NCBI GenBank assembly: GCA_030141605.1
Contig: JAQGDQ010000140.1
Coordinates: forward strand, 434,001-498,000
Reading direction: 5' to 3'
Source: Tubiluchus corallicola
Lineage: Eukaryota; Animalia; Priapulida
Length of the DNA stretch: 64,000 nt
Positions 49,339-62,508 of the stretch are shown here, in pieces. Each line of letters begins with the position of its first letter. Positions within the stretch are counted from its first letter, which is position 1. The notes below the pieces were generated by a model, which did not search any database, had not been told where the DNA came from, and saw only the letters and a list, made by a program, of their open reading frames with translations. Position numbers and translations under genes: made by a program.

Positions 49339-51017
49339 AGAAACTGGCACAAAATTGACTGTTACATTATTTGACGACTACATGACAGTGTTTCAAGCAA
49401 ATTTCTACGCCATACCACTACAGGAAACCATTTATAATTTGTTCCTTTGACAGACTATTATACGAGAGCATTTTTAACCTCTTTCTATGCCAAATCATTA
49501 CGCGTAAAAGCGTTTTCAACCCGGCTTTTACACCAATATCCGCAGCTTACTGGATAATGCTTCCTAGGCGTTTTCACAAACACTTGTGTCATCAGCAAAA
49601 AGCCAGCACATTTTTCCTGAAAGCATCATATAATCAATGCCATACTCGCTCAACCAAACCACGCTGATAAAGCGTATACACGATGTAGTCCTGTTCACAA
49701 TATATCGATCTGAAGCACTTTTGTAGAAATGTTGTACAATTCACAAAGAAGTCGTAATAGTTATTACATACATGTATAACGTACAAATGTAGAAAACAGT
49801 TGCAAAGTAAAGCAAAGTTCTACAACTGATTGTGCAATTTCTTATCTGGTTTAATTTAATACTAATTTATTAGACTTTAATATAAACTAATCTAAAGTTC
49901 GTGGATCTGAAAGCTAGTTACAAATTACTATAAAGTGTGGCAGATTTCGTCTCTGATAAAAAATAACAAAGAAAAATTGGTAATTGAAAAAATACATCAA
50001 AAGTATTCAACTATTCTACAATGAAACGTGACTTCTCGTTGTCACTCGCTGCTACCACCACCACTATCACTGCCAGGCACTTGTATTACCACCACCACCG
50101 TCATCACTGTCGTTTTCGCCATTACCATCACTAGCAACATTTCACTACAGCTGATAACTAACTTAGGTTATCGTCATCCATCCAATCATCTACATCACTA
50201 CTACGAACACAATCACTGATTATTACCGCTGCCATTCTGCAGCTGTTGCCACTATCATCACTAATACCGTCATCATCAACATTTTACCAACACAAACGTC
50301 AGTGGCAGTGTGGTATAATAAAAACTGAAGACAACAGGTGAGATAAGCAAGAAACCCATGCAATGTTGGTGCTTTTTTGCAAATGAAGCCCTGTAAAACA
50401 ACATCCCATGAAGCCTTGTATAAAACGTACTTATTATACATAAATGATCTATTGTTACTCCTCAATGTCACATAAAAGCTAATGCCTCGCATCAACTTGA
50501 CTCCATAGCGTAGTAATCTCTGCGGTTTAATCACGCGGCCCTGCCGCTAATGATTTTAAACGGCTTTGTCATGCAATACTGCAAGTCTGATCAGAGCGGA
50601 TGCAAGTATCAGCAATAGCACACGAAACAAACTCATCAGAACAGTTGTCGCACAACCGTGATCTTATGATGACTAGGATAAACTTTCAAAGAGAGCTCCG
50701 CGCTAATGAGAAAACGCATGTTTATTGGCATACGAGCAGGCAACAAGCTGGAAGGATGATGGAAATATGAGAGAAGTATGAGGACGGTTGATGGATCAGC
50801 CGAACCATATTGATCGTCACTCGCTCATTCCAGTTTGTCGAGTGTATCATCAACCGGGATCATCAAACATATGATTAACTGTACATGGGGGAAATGTATT
50901 GTGAAACACTGCCGGATAGGAATGTTAACCAGAAAAAGATAAGAGGGTTTGATGAATGAACTCTCAGCCCTGGAGAGATAGTATTGTGTTGCTGCATTGT
51001 CAGGCAGTGCAATCAAG

Positions 51018-51314
51018 GACAGAGAGGGTTTACAGAAAGAGAGGAGGAGGAGAAAGGATAGAGGGAGAGAGAAATAGGAGAGGAATGGCAAAAGAGGGGA
51101 GACTGGGCAGAGGAACAAAGAAGAGGAGGTAGGCAGAGAAATAAACAGGAAGAAGGGGGAAAGAGATCGAAAGAGAAAGACAAACATGGAGGATATGCTG
51201 AGAAAAATGGAAGAAAAGGGGACGGAGGAAAAGAGGTGAGGTAAAGTGAAAGGCAGAGGGGAGTGAGTGAGTGAGAGAGAGACAGAGAGAGAGGGAGAGA
51301 GAAAGAGAGAGAGA
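51018..51314. repeat. Purine-rich low-complexity tract ending in (GA)n
   Basis: Directly visible. Confidence 0.8.
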
Positions 51315-51996
51315 TTTTTATTTAATCAGAAGTTTTATTTGCCTGTACTTGCAAGCATGAGACTAAAAACAGACTAAAACAAAAAAACTTGCAAAAACGT
51401 ATATACACATAGACCTATGTAAAAATGTATCAATAATAGCCACTTCACTAAAGTGGGTATATCCATACTGAATGAAGAGTTACGCATTTGTTCTTCATCA
51501 GCCTAATAGTCAACTGAAAATAACAAATTTTATTTGTCTTTATTTGCAAGCACGAGACTAAAAACAGTCTAATAGTCAATTGAGAAAAAAGAACATCATC
51601 TAAGTCCATCAATAAACAGCTATAAATGAAAATTACAATGTCTCAGAGGAAATACACAGAGCAGTACATGACACGAATGAACAAATAAAATTGCAATAGA
51701 AAAATTCCTTACTACTGCACTGTTACGAATGAACAGAACATGCTTGGCAGGCATGTACCGCACATCGTTGACATACGTTTTTGGTTATTTTTACAAAAAA
51801 ATAAATAAATAAAAGTCGTCTGGTAAGTAATGATGCTCAAGACGACTACTAACCAGAATGAACTGCTCTTCTTGTTCGATGAAAAGTTTCTGTTTTACCT
51901 GGACGCAAATACTTATATAGTAAAAGTTACCCTCCTGTTTTATTGTGAAAAAGTAGCCACTATTAAACATACTATTAAACTATGTATGTAGACAGT

Positions 51997-53895
51997 CTAT
52001 TCAGTTCTTAAAAGATTTATGATTAGCAGGACAATGATGACTAACATCACACCTCCCACAGCTGCAAGCAACATGGTGCCGTAGAACTTTCGACTGGAAC
52101 CGTCATCGCTTTGCGTTTCTTCATTTTTAACAGCTCCCACAGAAAGACGTCGCAACGAGCGAGATTTAACCAACGTTACGACGACTCTAGCATAACTGCA
52201 ACGTTTATCTTCGTACAGTTCTTCATTTGGCTCATTACACGCTACCACATTGATATCAACCACTTTATCAGTGGCGTTCACTACACTGAGTTTCGTATAA
52301 ACCTCTCCCTCTTTGTCGATTAAGAAATCACTGTTAGGGGGTAGCAGCTTGTATTGCAGATATGCGTTAGGATTTCCAACAATATGAGCTTTAAAGTTAG
52401 CGACACCTCTGTTAGGGCGGACGACGGTGCCACCCTTTTTGTCAATAGTTGCTGTAAAGAGACCTTGTTGAAATTTTGGGTTTCTGCTGTTTGTTCTTAT
52501 CAACTGAATATCTAGACTTGCTTCATCAGAAAATTTTCCATCATCAGCTTTAAGTACAAATGAGAAATGGTCCACACTACTTTTAAGGAAATCTTCAACT
52601 GTCCTCAACATGCCAGTAGAACTCACTGTCAGCACAAGTTTCTCACTAACCGTCTTTGGTCTTATATGGTATTTGATTTCATTTCCATCACGATCTGATG
52701 CAGAAACATAGCCAATGCTACTCCCATTGGGCATGGTGTCCATTAAACGTAAAAAATAAGTTTTCTTGTCAAAAATTGGTTTATGGTTATTAATACAGCA
52801 GATTGTAATGTGTACAGATGTTGTAGTATAGGCAGTGTGATCAGAAAGTAACACAGCTCTGACTAAAATTAAATATTCAGCAAAATCTGTACCAGTATCC
52901 TGTGAACACACTTTATTTTCTACTGTCATGTTACCCAAAACATGGTCAATATGAAACAAAGACTTATCTCCAGCAGGGTCATACTCTAATGCCGGTAAAC
53001 TGTAACGGATTTCATGATCTAACGAAGTATCATAGTCAACAGCACGTATTTTTTTAGGCTTTATATCTAATTTCATACGGCTGCTACTGTTAAATGCACT
53101 GCAGTTTGCCATGCCTTGGTAAGGTGAATCAAGAAATACAGGTTTTTGCATAACATCAGTGACAGTGATTTTAAGGGTTGTGGAATCTGACAAAGGAATG
53201 TCACCTCCATCATGAACTTTTGCTATAACTGTGAAATTTTTCAGTACTTCATAGTTCAGCTTATGTTTCAATTTAACATGGCCTTCCCTCATATCTGGGA
53301 TTTCAAGGTAGTGAGAATACAGACCAGGTTCTAGTGAGTAAAACACAAGATTATTTGGTGACTCATAATCTTCATCAGTTGCTGTTAAAGTAAAAAATGT
53401 TTTCCCAATTTTCTCAAATTCTGGTATTGTCTTTGTATATTGCCAGGATTTTATAAATTTCGGTGCATTGTTATTAACATCTCCAATATAGACAAGTGTT
53501 TTAAAAGTTGATGTTTCTGTGCTGCCATCCGCTGCTTCATGATTGCAGACTATGTCCATTCTCACTGGGAGATGATCCAAGGGATTTTCTTTGCTACTGA
53601 TCCAGTCTTGAATATTTATAATAGGAAAAATGTACGAGTAGGACTCGGTAAAGTTTGTGCTCACATTAAAAATTTGTTCTTCACTTGTTTCCTTTACATT
53701 GAGAAAGACCTTTCCATATGCTTCCCAATGTATCAATTTTACCTCTGTGTCAGAAGTTATATTTTCACGTACATAGATGGCTATAGGTCCATTTATTCCA
53801 AGATTACTACAAGATGTACAGCAAAGTGGTCCAAACACAAGACAACCTGAGATGATGATGAAAAACACATTCAAGTTTTTCTTAGTAGAGTCCAT
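51997..53895 (-). CDS. Single-exon cadherin-related protein, 632 aa: signal peptide, about 5 cadherin (EC) repeats, C-terminal hydrophobic helix, roughly 3-6-aa tail
   Basis: 1.9-kb open ORF. Cadherin-type motifs: GDVNNNAPKF, IPE, TATDED, LNYE, VHDGG, ITVTDVMQKPVF, AVDYD, INNHKPIF, ASDRDG, ADDG, NSRNPKF. Hydrophobic N-terminus and MLLAAVGGVMLVIIVLLIINLL at the C-terminus. Minus-strand AATAAA at 51939-51944. Confidence 0.88.
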   Translation of the reverse strand: MDSTKKNLNVFFIIISGCLVFGPLCCTSCSNLGINGPIAIYVRENITSDTEVKLIHWEAYGKVFLNVKETSEEQIFNVSTNFTESYSYIFPIINIQDWISSKENPLDHLPVRMDIVCNHEAADGSTETSTFKTLVYIGDVNNNAPKFIKSWQYTKTIPEFEKIGKTFFTLTATDEDYESPNNLVFYSLEPGLYSHYLEIPDMREGHVKLKHKLNYEVLKNFTVIAKVHDGGDIPLSDSTTLKITVTDVMQKPVFLDSPYQGMANCSAFNSSSRMKLDIKPKKIRAVDYDTSLDHEIRYSLPALEYDPAGDKSLFHIDHVLGNMTVENKVCSQDTGTDFAEYLILVRAVLLSDHTAYTTTSVHITICCINNHKPIFDKKTYFLRLMDTMPNGSSIGYVSASDRDGNEIKYHIRPKTVSEKLVLTVSSTGMLRTVEDFLKSSVDHFSFVLKADDGKFSDEASLDIQLIRTNSRNPKFQQGLFTATIDKKGGTVVRPNRGVANFKAHIVGNPNAYLQYKLLPPNSDFLIDKEGEVYTKLSVVNATDKVVDINVVACNEPNEELYEDKRCSYARVVVTLVKSRSLRRLSVGAVKNEETQSDDGSSRKFYGTMLLAAVGGVMLVIIVLLIINLLRTE

Positions 53896-56800
53896 GATTC
53901 ACCAAAATAACAAATTTTAATGTTGTAATTTGAAAAAAGTTATTTAACATATTCTTCAGGTTCATGCATCAGTTTCATAGTTATGTTACAAGCCAATTGT
54001 TAAAACAATCAAGATATAACTAGCTGACTAAAATTCATTCTACAGGCTTTGAATTACTTTTCCAATCAAATAAAGAACTGATTGTTAAGACAATAGATAA
54101 CTTACAGTGACTAGGAACTTATTTGACAAGAACCATGATGTCACAATACAACATAGGTTCTTGGTGTATTGATAACATATTCTGATGCCAACAAAACTGC
54201 CAAGGCAACTACCCAAACATCACTCAGAAACACAGAAAGATGCAGAATATTCTTTAACAAGCTTTAGTATGCCATTTTTACATTCCCAATTCAGTAGAGT
54301 AAAACAATATCCTAATCTTAAAATAGCAGACACGGTGCACTCTTAAAATTTAACTTCTGTGCATTCTAAACAAACTAAAAAGTAACTCGCGATAAAATTT
54401 AATTCTCAATTTCCTTATACACGGTCTAATGCGCCAAGTTAGGGCAATGCAGGGTTAGCTTGTTGCTGAGAAAATTAAGATTTGTGAGGAAGCATTCTGT
54501 CATTTCAATCACAAAAACTTTTTAAACACTTGCTTACTCTAAAGACTTACTTTTCTTACTAAAAATTGCATTGCTGTGCCAAAATTATTTGAAGAATTCA
54601 CAAAATTTGTCCAACATATGTACAGATCTATAGGTAAACTTCTGGCCTAAATATTCATGAAACAAATTTCAAAGTCTTGTGAAAGTAAATATGATAACTA
54701 GATGATAAACAGAGCACAATAGTAAATGACCTAAATCTTCTCTTTACTCATAACTTTCAAGAACAAGTTTGGAATGAAATCATTATTCAGCCTTTAATCA
54801 TAAGAAAAACCTGATTATGAAGTTTACTAACATTCTTAGCATTAAATGACATTTTTTCTTTTCTTTGTTGAGGCTGACCAACCCTATCGCTGTTAATTTG
54901 ATTGAAAAATAACTTAAATAACACAACCATAACATCAAAATTTGACAATTCTTAGTTTTGGCCTATAAAACGAAATCATATTTACATAGGGTTATGTAAA
55001 CATGTACATGCACGCAAATATGTTAGATAACACGGGAAAGCTATTTATTATGGTGTCGCTTCCTAAAACCCCGTTTCGGATCAATTCAATGATATTTAGT
55101 AATAAACAATGTCCACTTTAGCACAAACATTCCATGATTACACCTACCACTAGCCTCGTAATACTCCAAAGCTGTATTTACTGGACTGGAGGAATGTCAA
55201 ACAACCTTAACCTTACTATAAAACCTGTTTTTGCTCAGTCACTCATTGAGTTAACATTCTATTACCATCCTATTCTGTAATCACTAGTTACCATAATTTA
55301 TGATACAGCTATAATATCATCCCGATGAAGCAGATCTGTTTCTCATAACAGGAAATGACATCAATCGTGACAGCTTGAAAGCCCTAAACGAATGATTCAC
55401 AGTTTTTCCTTGCAGCCATGATTTACAAACAACCCCTCAACGCATAGTTGTTACAGATGAACATTTGTTCAGGGATTGCTCAGGTTTAAATCTCTTATTT
55501 ATTACCCCATGAGACGACAAAAAGAAATAATTACTCCCCTCTCTAAATTGATTAACAAGTATGAGAGCTATGTCAGCTAAAGTAAACACAGCAGAGACTA
55601 GCATAATGGCATTCTATGTTGGGTACAGTATGTACGTTTGCGTGCACTGGAGAAAAAGGTATTTGCAATCAATAAGGCATGACAAGGCAAGGTGCCTAAA
55701 CATCTCCGTCGAACAAGAATGAGTTTTTCGTTTTAAAAGTACACATTCGAACTCTCGTGCTAAAACAAAAATTATTAAAAAGTGACACGTTTCATGCACT
55801 AATGCAATTCTGATTTCGGTAGTCTGTAATAGCTATACGGATACAGGTTCGCTAATAAAAAAAGTTAACAGGAAGAGAAAACTGCTGAAGCAAAGCATCC
55901 CTGTCCAACTAAAACTCAAAACTTCTAACGCCGGTTCAAGGCAACATACAGTAGGCGACCGCCAATTTAGTATTAATTATTCGCAACAGATTTCTAAACT
56001 TTACCTTATAAGGCAGTTACCTGATTGTATGAGTCACAGCATACTGCTACTATTCCAAAGCTTACATTTCCGCTGCAAAGATCTTATCCACTGTGTGAAA
56101 ATAATGAACAGCAAACCGGCAGGTAAAAATCCAGGTGTTTTCTGCAGCACACTACACACACCTAGACATGGAAGTCTACAGCTACGAAAGGACAGCAGGC
56201 CACAGTCTGTACACACCCACAGCAAGAATAAACAGCATGCACAATCGCGCGCATGCGCACTAGCTATATCCACCTGAAAAAGCTCGCATCAGTCAATAAC
56301 AAGAATGTCTGTTCTTGGGTTTTGAACATCACAGCCTGGCGCAAGTCAGTGATAAAACCACAGAAAAAATTCGCACAACCATTATGGAACTACCGAGTTT
56401 GCAGAAATAAGCAGTAGTGATGCAGCGATGGGAAGAGTAAACGCCGTCTCTGCTGTACCTACAATACCAAAAGCGCCGCAAAATCTCCAGGCATAAATAC
56501 CAGATAAAGCTGTTGTTAAAACAATACTGTACTTATAAATAGTCTAATATAGATTATAAAACAAAAGATAAAATAGTTTTTTAGGATACTCACATTGTAA
56601 CATTTTTTGCCAGTAAGTTGTGTAACAAAGTAAAAAACCTCAAATCAATTTTCACCAAAAATTAACTGCTCACAGCAGCATGTACCGCACATACTGCTAT
56701 GCCTACTACACATTAAATAAAAAAGATCTCAATAATAAATTCATCAATTGTTTGATTGCAAGTGGTCATGTGCAGATAAGCAAAAACTCGTTTAACTTAT

Positions 56801-57044
56801 TTTAACTTGACTACCATAACTTTAAAAGTCCCTTTCCGTATTCTTATAATGAATTTAGGTAACTATCAAAAGTAAATATTTCACCATCTGCTATTAGTGG
56901 GTTTGCAGGCATTTAGTACTATCCATCTTACCACAAAAAAATAATAATCTTTGTTTAAAGTCAGCTTTTTGAGTCAACAATTAACTTAAGCTCTGAAGAG
57001 CCTTTGGGCTGACTGTAAACAACAACCTACAACTACATAACAGA

Positions 57045-57202
57045 GATTATTATTACCCCACTTTTACCCTAAATACTACACATCAGGCAGGGCAACAGCA
57101 GGTACCATTTTTAAAGTCATTGGTATTACTGGCCTCTGTATCGAATTCACGACCTCCCAGACGAAAAGCCAATGCGTTACCACTAGACCAAACCGTCTGG
57201 TC
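57045..57202 (-). mobile_element. tRNA-derived SINE, possibly with a MetaSINE-type central domain
   Basis: A-box TGGTCTAGTGG and B-box GAATTCGATAC, then ATACCAATGACTTTAAAAATGGTACCTGCTG; related decayed copies at about 57363-57450 and 38270-38395. The family name is from memory only. Confidence 0.65.
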
Positions 57203-57554
57203 AAAAATAACAATGACATTGACTACAACAATGATATTTATTTAAACTTAACTTTAACGTCAACCATCAAAGAAACCTCAAATTTTTGCTAACTTCAGTC
57301 GTCAACTAAACCTGCAGAACAATAATTGCTATTACCTGCAGATTACTTTAAGAAACATTAAACAATGGCATCATTTTTAAGTCTGTGGTATTACCCAGCC
57401 AGAGAATTGAACCCACAATCTTACACAAAAGTAAGCATGTTACCACTGTAGATTACACAAGCAACAGTGGTACAAGTAGATGTACAATAATAGCACACTG
57501 CTATGCCTAGGCCCAAAATAGCATGGGTCCAATAACTTCAAATTCAGTTTGCAG

Positions 57555-58127
57555 TAAGGATGTTAAACAACACAAATTTGGCGATACGATAACGATAATC
57601 CACTTTTTAGACGATACGATACAATACGATAAATTATTTCGAAGGATAAAAACAATACTGAAGTTAGAAAATGTATGCAACAACAGAAAAATATCTCTAA
57701 TAATTAAACCATTCATGTAACCTTAACGTGACTACGACGAAATTTTCTGCTTCGTTGTTATAACGATTCATAAATAAGTAAGCTGCGATGGATACATAGA
57801 TTACTACGATATAAAGATTTATCTATGGGAGCTGCACAATTACACATGTCCGAAACGATGACACCAAAAATATGGTACACGCTACTCGGCATCTGCGAGT
57901 CTGCATGATTCAGAATCAAAATAAAGATAACCGCTATTGTAAAGCGAAAGTGTAACTCCATACGTCTGACAAGCTTATAATTTTAAATAATTCTTTTATC
58001 CACTGTTTTGCTTAATTCCTGTAAGAAAATTGAAAAGCAAAGTGAAGTAATTTTATAAAGGCAAGCGATAAAAGACAAAATACGATACGATAATTATTGA
58101 TACGTATCGTTATCATTAACATCCCTA
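57555..58127 (+). mobile_element. hAT-like MITE family (TAGGGATGTTAA termini, CGATA subterminal repeats), copy 1
   Basis: TAAGGATGTTAA ... TTAACATCCCTA; many CGATAC/CGATAA motifs; similar to 62075-62508. Confidence 0.75.
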
Positions 58128-59309
58128 CATCTCAGAACAACGAAGCCAATTCATAGAGGACAGAGCAACCCTGTGCAAGCATCACAGGAAGTGGACCACC
58201 AACAAATTTATAAAATTCTCATTTTCAATGAAATATTATGAACGCCAAAATTGACTTCAAACAAATAAAGACATTTTTTATTACAATTTCACTGCAATTG
58301 GTAATTTTATATCAAACAACAGAAGCCAATCTTACAGGAATGGAGTCAAAATATGTGGATTCCGGTAACAAGTAGACAGGACATCAGGCTAAAGTTCTCT
58401 AAGGTATTAAACTGCAAATCTCAAATCACAATGAAATGCATCAAATCCTGATCTTTTATTTCTGCAACAAAGTTATGTCCCTCATTTCATGTCAGTCGAA
58501 ATGCACCATGTGATGGACGGCAACATCGACGTTTTAGCTAAAAGCTTTTTATAGATTTGGACAAAACGTGTGTGCATGCAAATGTCGTAGATTTTTGTTT
58601 GTCTGTATGACTCAGTAACTTTCGCCAGCAGCCACCATGAATTTACAATCAACAAATTGCACAAAATCGCTAACTTAACAGTTTCTGGTAACCAAACTAT
58701 TGGTCACAAATCAACTGCATTAGGATGTCTATTTCTTCAGTTGCTAGATGGCAGCATAACAGGAATTATAAGAATCTGATGCCAGAGAGGTACAAACATT
58801 TGTATCCGTGCTATTCCTTATGCAATTTCTTGATGATAAATGTTTTAATGATTCAAGTAAGTATGATGAGGCATATTAGTACGACAGTAGTTCCACTTAT
58901 CGACGTGCAGTATCTATCCACAAATGCCGACGTAGTGCATCAAATGCTTAGAAGTACACCAGTCATTCGTTGCCAGTAAGCCATTTCAGTTTTGCTATGT
59001 ACATACGCATTTGAAGTTTTGAGCTATAGGTCAAAGGCTATGGTCCCCTTAGCCTACATCTCACAGACAGGACTTGTACGAACTAGTGTTACCTTTACAT
59101 GGCTGTAACTACTTGATCACACCTAGAACCACCTTTGAAATTTCAACAGTACAGCAACATGCAGCGTAAGTTTTTTGGACAGAACTTAATAACATGTAAA
59201 TGTTAGCATCAGATAAGCTGATGACTAATGTTAATATAAATCTAACACGACACTTAACCTAATATTATGACTAAACAGCAGAAACAGTCAGTGTAAGTAA
59301 ACATCCCTT

Positions 59310-59397
59310 CAGGGCCAGACTTCAACAACAATAACAGCCTCAACAGGGCCAGGCTTCAACAACAATAACTGCTTCAACAGGACAAGGCTTCAACAAT
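59310..59397. repeat. About 34-bp tandem repeat, roughly 2.5 copies (CAGGGCCAG.CTTCAACAACAATAAC)
   Basis: Directly visible. Confidence 0.75.
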
Positions 59398-60538
59398 GGG
59401 TCCATATACACGAACCAGTTGCTAATGTTTCTAGGTAGTAGGTACCAACAACCTTGACCTTTTAACGATCATCATCAATCATTGGCAATCACTGGAAAAG
59501 GCATATTCCACTGTGTTTATTTTGCAATAACAAAAAGAGATTGCTTGAATCTGGTTTCCAGGTTTTGACTGGGACTGAGAAAATGATAGCACATCATCAT
59601 ATGGTATCCAAGGACTGGACATGCTTGTTTGAATGATTTTGGAATGAGGCAGCAAATCTCTAAAGAACACCCAAATTTTTGATATGCTGTGCTTCGCGAA
59701 GCAAAGTGCAATGCTCGCAAAGGAAAGTCATACATGTGAGATTAACTACTGTTTCGATACACATGCCAGCTAATTGATCCCTTACCCTGAATCATTCATC
59801 TTAATCCTGGCTCTTCTTCCAAATATTTCCCAGTGGGCAGTAAAATTCAGTAAAACTGCAGCCATCAATAATAATTTAATATCCTACGGAGGATTAGCCA
59901 TGTCGTGTTTCACGAAGACAACTGTAAGAAACATTATTCTATACTATAATCCTAGTGCAACAAACCATAATCCGAATTCGACATTTCTGAAGTTCTGATT
60001 GCATAGATTAACACAAATGGAATGTTTTTACAACTGCAAATACAAAATTGAAATATTTGCACCAATACGGAATGGTGGCTCAATGTATGTTCAACCAAAG
60101 AGGTAAAGCAATAGCAAATCTGTCTTCTAAATGAATGAGTGAAGGCATATATGCATGCCAGAAATCAGCATTCGAGGAGGCCTACTCAAGAACGACGTAC
60201 GTGGAGAGACTCGAGCCTGGCCAGACAAATCTAGACTATAAATAGCAAAGTTGCAGTCCTGTACCAACATTGCAAAATTTCGGCCTGCAATGTGTTAAAT
60301 TACATTAAAAAATGCAAATGAACTAAAATTAAATTCTCGAAGTGAGAGGAAATCTTTCCAATAAATCAACAAGCGAGATTTCTTAAAATCTTCACTTTCA
60401 CTCCTACCTTTGTAGAAATACATCCGACAAACACTGCGATTTCCAGTTCGTAATGTGCGTTTAATACTGTTTACACTAATGTAAAATCAACTAAGAACAT
60501 TTTACTACTAACATTTAAACATCAAAAAATTCCCTTAC

Positions 60539-60591
60539 CTTTCTCTGTAAGCCCGCTACTGTAATTTCTTCATTTCCTGAGACACACAAAT
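60539..60591 (-). other. Candidate 53-nt internal (probably 5'-UTR) exon of PMCA and/or the cadherin gene
   Basis: Strong acceptor cattttcgttttcag and strong donor AAG|GTAAGG. Which transcript it belongs to is not demonstrated. Confidence 0.45.
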
Positions 60592-62074
60592 CTGAAAACG
60601 AAAATGTTATTAGCAAACAAATATCAACTAACTGCAACAATGAGGATAAAAATTGAATGGCAAAATGCCAGCAAAAATTTTAAGCGAGTTTTTTTAACAG
60701 GAATAGTTTAAACAGTTTTCATTCAATCGCAATTTTCAGTAGCATACACACGACACTCGTGCAATTTTCTATTGAAAGATATGAAGCCATTGTTTCACAG
60801 CTTCAAGTGTAATAAAACATTGCAAAAAGTTGATTGACAAAAGTTGAGTGACCAAGACTGTCTCAGTGATGATCACATGGTTTTGATAACAAAAAATAAA
60901 AAGTTGACTAAAAAAGCTGGGTTACTATAAAACACTAACAATTTTCGGCAAATAAAAAATGTTAGTGAACAAAGGTCGATAATGCGTAAACTTGAGACAT
61001 AAACACTCTGGGTTGAAAATTTCTCTTCATGGTTTCCATACTGACTCTGGCTGTTTACCTCGCTGAGAAAAGGTACACATACAATTGAATGTGGCAAACA
61101 CACCTCTGTTGGTCCAGTGGCTCTTCCTAATGGCATCGCCAAATTGTATAAAAAACTATCCGCTATTAAACACAGTGTTCAGGACTGCAAATGTTATAGC
61201 AAAATTTTACAGTGTGAACAGCTGCAGAAAGCATTCAAACTCTGAAGAATACCTTGGTAAGAACTTGATAAATGTAACACCGATATAATGCTAGACAAAC
61301 AAGAGATGGCAGGAAAATGGCAGGCACTCAACACGGAGAAAAATGATTGTAGAAAGAACACAGTGAAAGTACACTATTTATTTATTTTGTTCTTAGTTCA
61401 GTTCAGTTCAGTCACGAGTCTCAAACATTTTTGTGTCAATATGAGCAGCTAGAAAAAAATCGCCACTTAGCTGAAAAAACGTACTTAATGCCCACAAACT
61501 TTGCCACACTTTTTAACTATATCACTGAGTAATTGTTGAAAAAACGTTAAAAGTTTATGTATATTAAATGTTTTTTCTTTTCCAACCAAGAAACTTTTTT
61601 TTCAAGCTGCTCACCTTGATACAAAAAGGCTTGAGGTTTGACACTTACATTACATGCATAGTCCTATAAATGGGGTTTTTCTTTGCACAGGTTGCAATGG
61701 TATTAAGAAATAAAAAACATTAATTAATCAATAGAAAATATAGGAAAATACCGTAATTAATGTTAAATAAAATCATGATTGTAAAAGCTTGATTAGAATT
61801 AAAAAGAAAATACAATACAATACAGTTAATGACTATTTATAAACAGTTCCACAAGATTCTTTTAACTGCTTTGAAATTTGTGACTTTAATTAATTCAGTT
61901 TTAATTGCTTTCTTGCATTACAAGCTAGGCAAATGTAAAGTTTATATTTACTTTCCTGTACATCCTTTTTAGGCTTCATTTTCTGTAAAAATAGTAGGAC
62001 TACTTGCAGAAAAGATGCTGCAGATAAAAAAATCAATAATCTTATTTATAGTAACACCTTCTAATATAAAGGAG

Positions 62075-62508
62075 TAGGGATGTTAAATGATACACATTTA
62101 GCAATGCGATAACGGTATGTTAGGGTACTTTTTTCAAACGACACGATAACAATAATCTGTTTTCAGAAGCAATAAATTATCTTGAACGACAAAAACTACA
62201 CTGAATATGCAAGGAATCTCAGTGTATTTCAACACTATTTTCCGCAGGCCGTTTCCAGATTCACGTATAGATACGTGTAATTTATGACAAAGTTTTCTTC
62301 CTCGTTTTGTCATAAAATTCTAGTGCATAAATGAAAAAGTAAAGTGAAATTATTTTATAATAGTGAGCGATATGCAGTGATACGCATAAATCTGAGTGAT
62401 AACGAAATTCCTAGAATAACATCGATACAATAACCATAAAAGTAAATTTTTTGTATTGATACGTTAATCGATAATTATTGATACATATTGCTATCATTAA
62501 CTTCCCTA
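62075..62508 (+). mobile_element. hAT-like MITE family, copy 2
   Basis: TAGGGATGTTAA ... TTAACTTCCCTA; shares GATAATTATTGATAC...TATCATTAAC with copy 1; flanks TAAAGGAG / TGCTGGAG may be a decayed 8-bp TSD. Confidence 0.72.

Noticed and set aside
50825-51187. 120-aa hydrophobic Ser/Leu/Phe ORF as a possible cadherin tail exon
   Set aside because: It is the reverse complement of a purine-rich low-complexity tract and lies after the cadherin stop and polyA signal.
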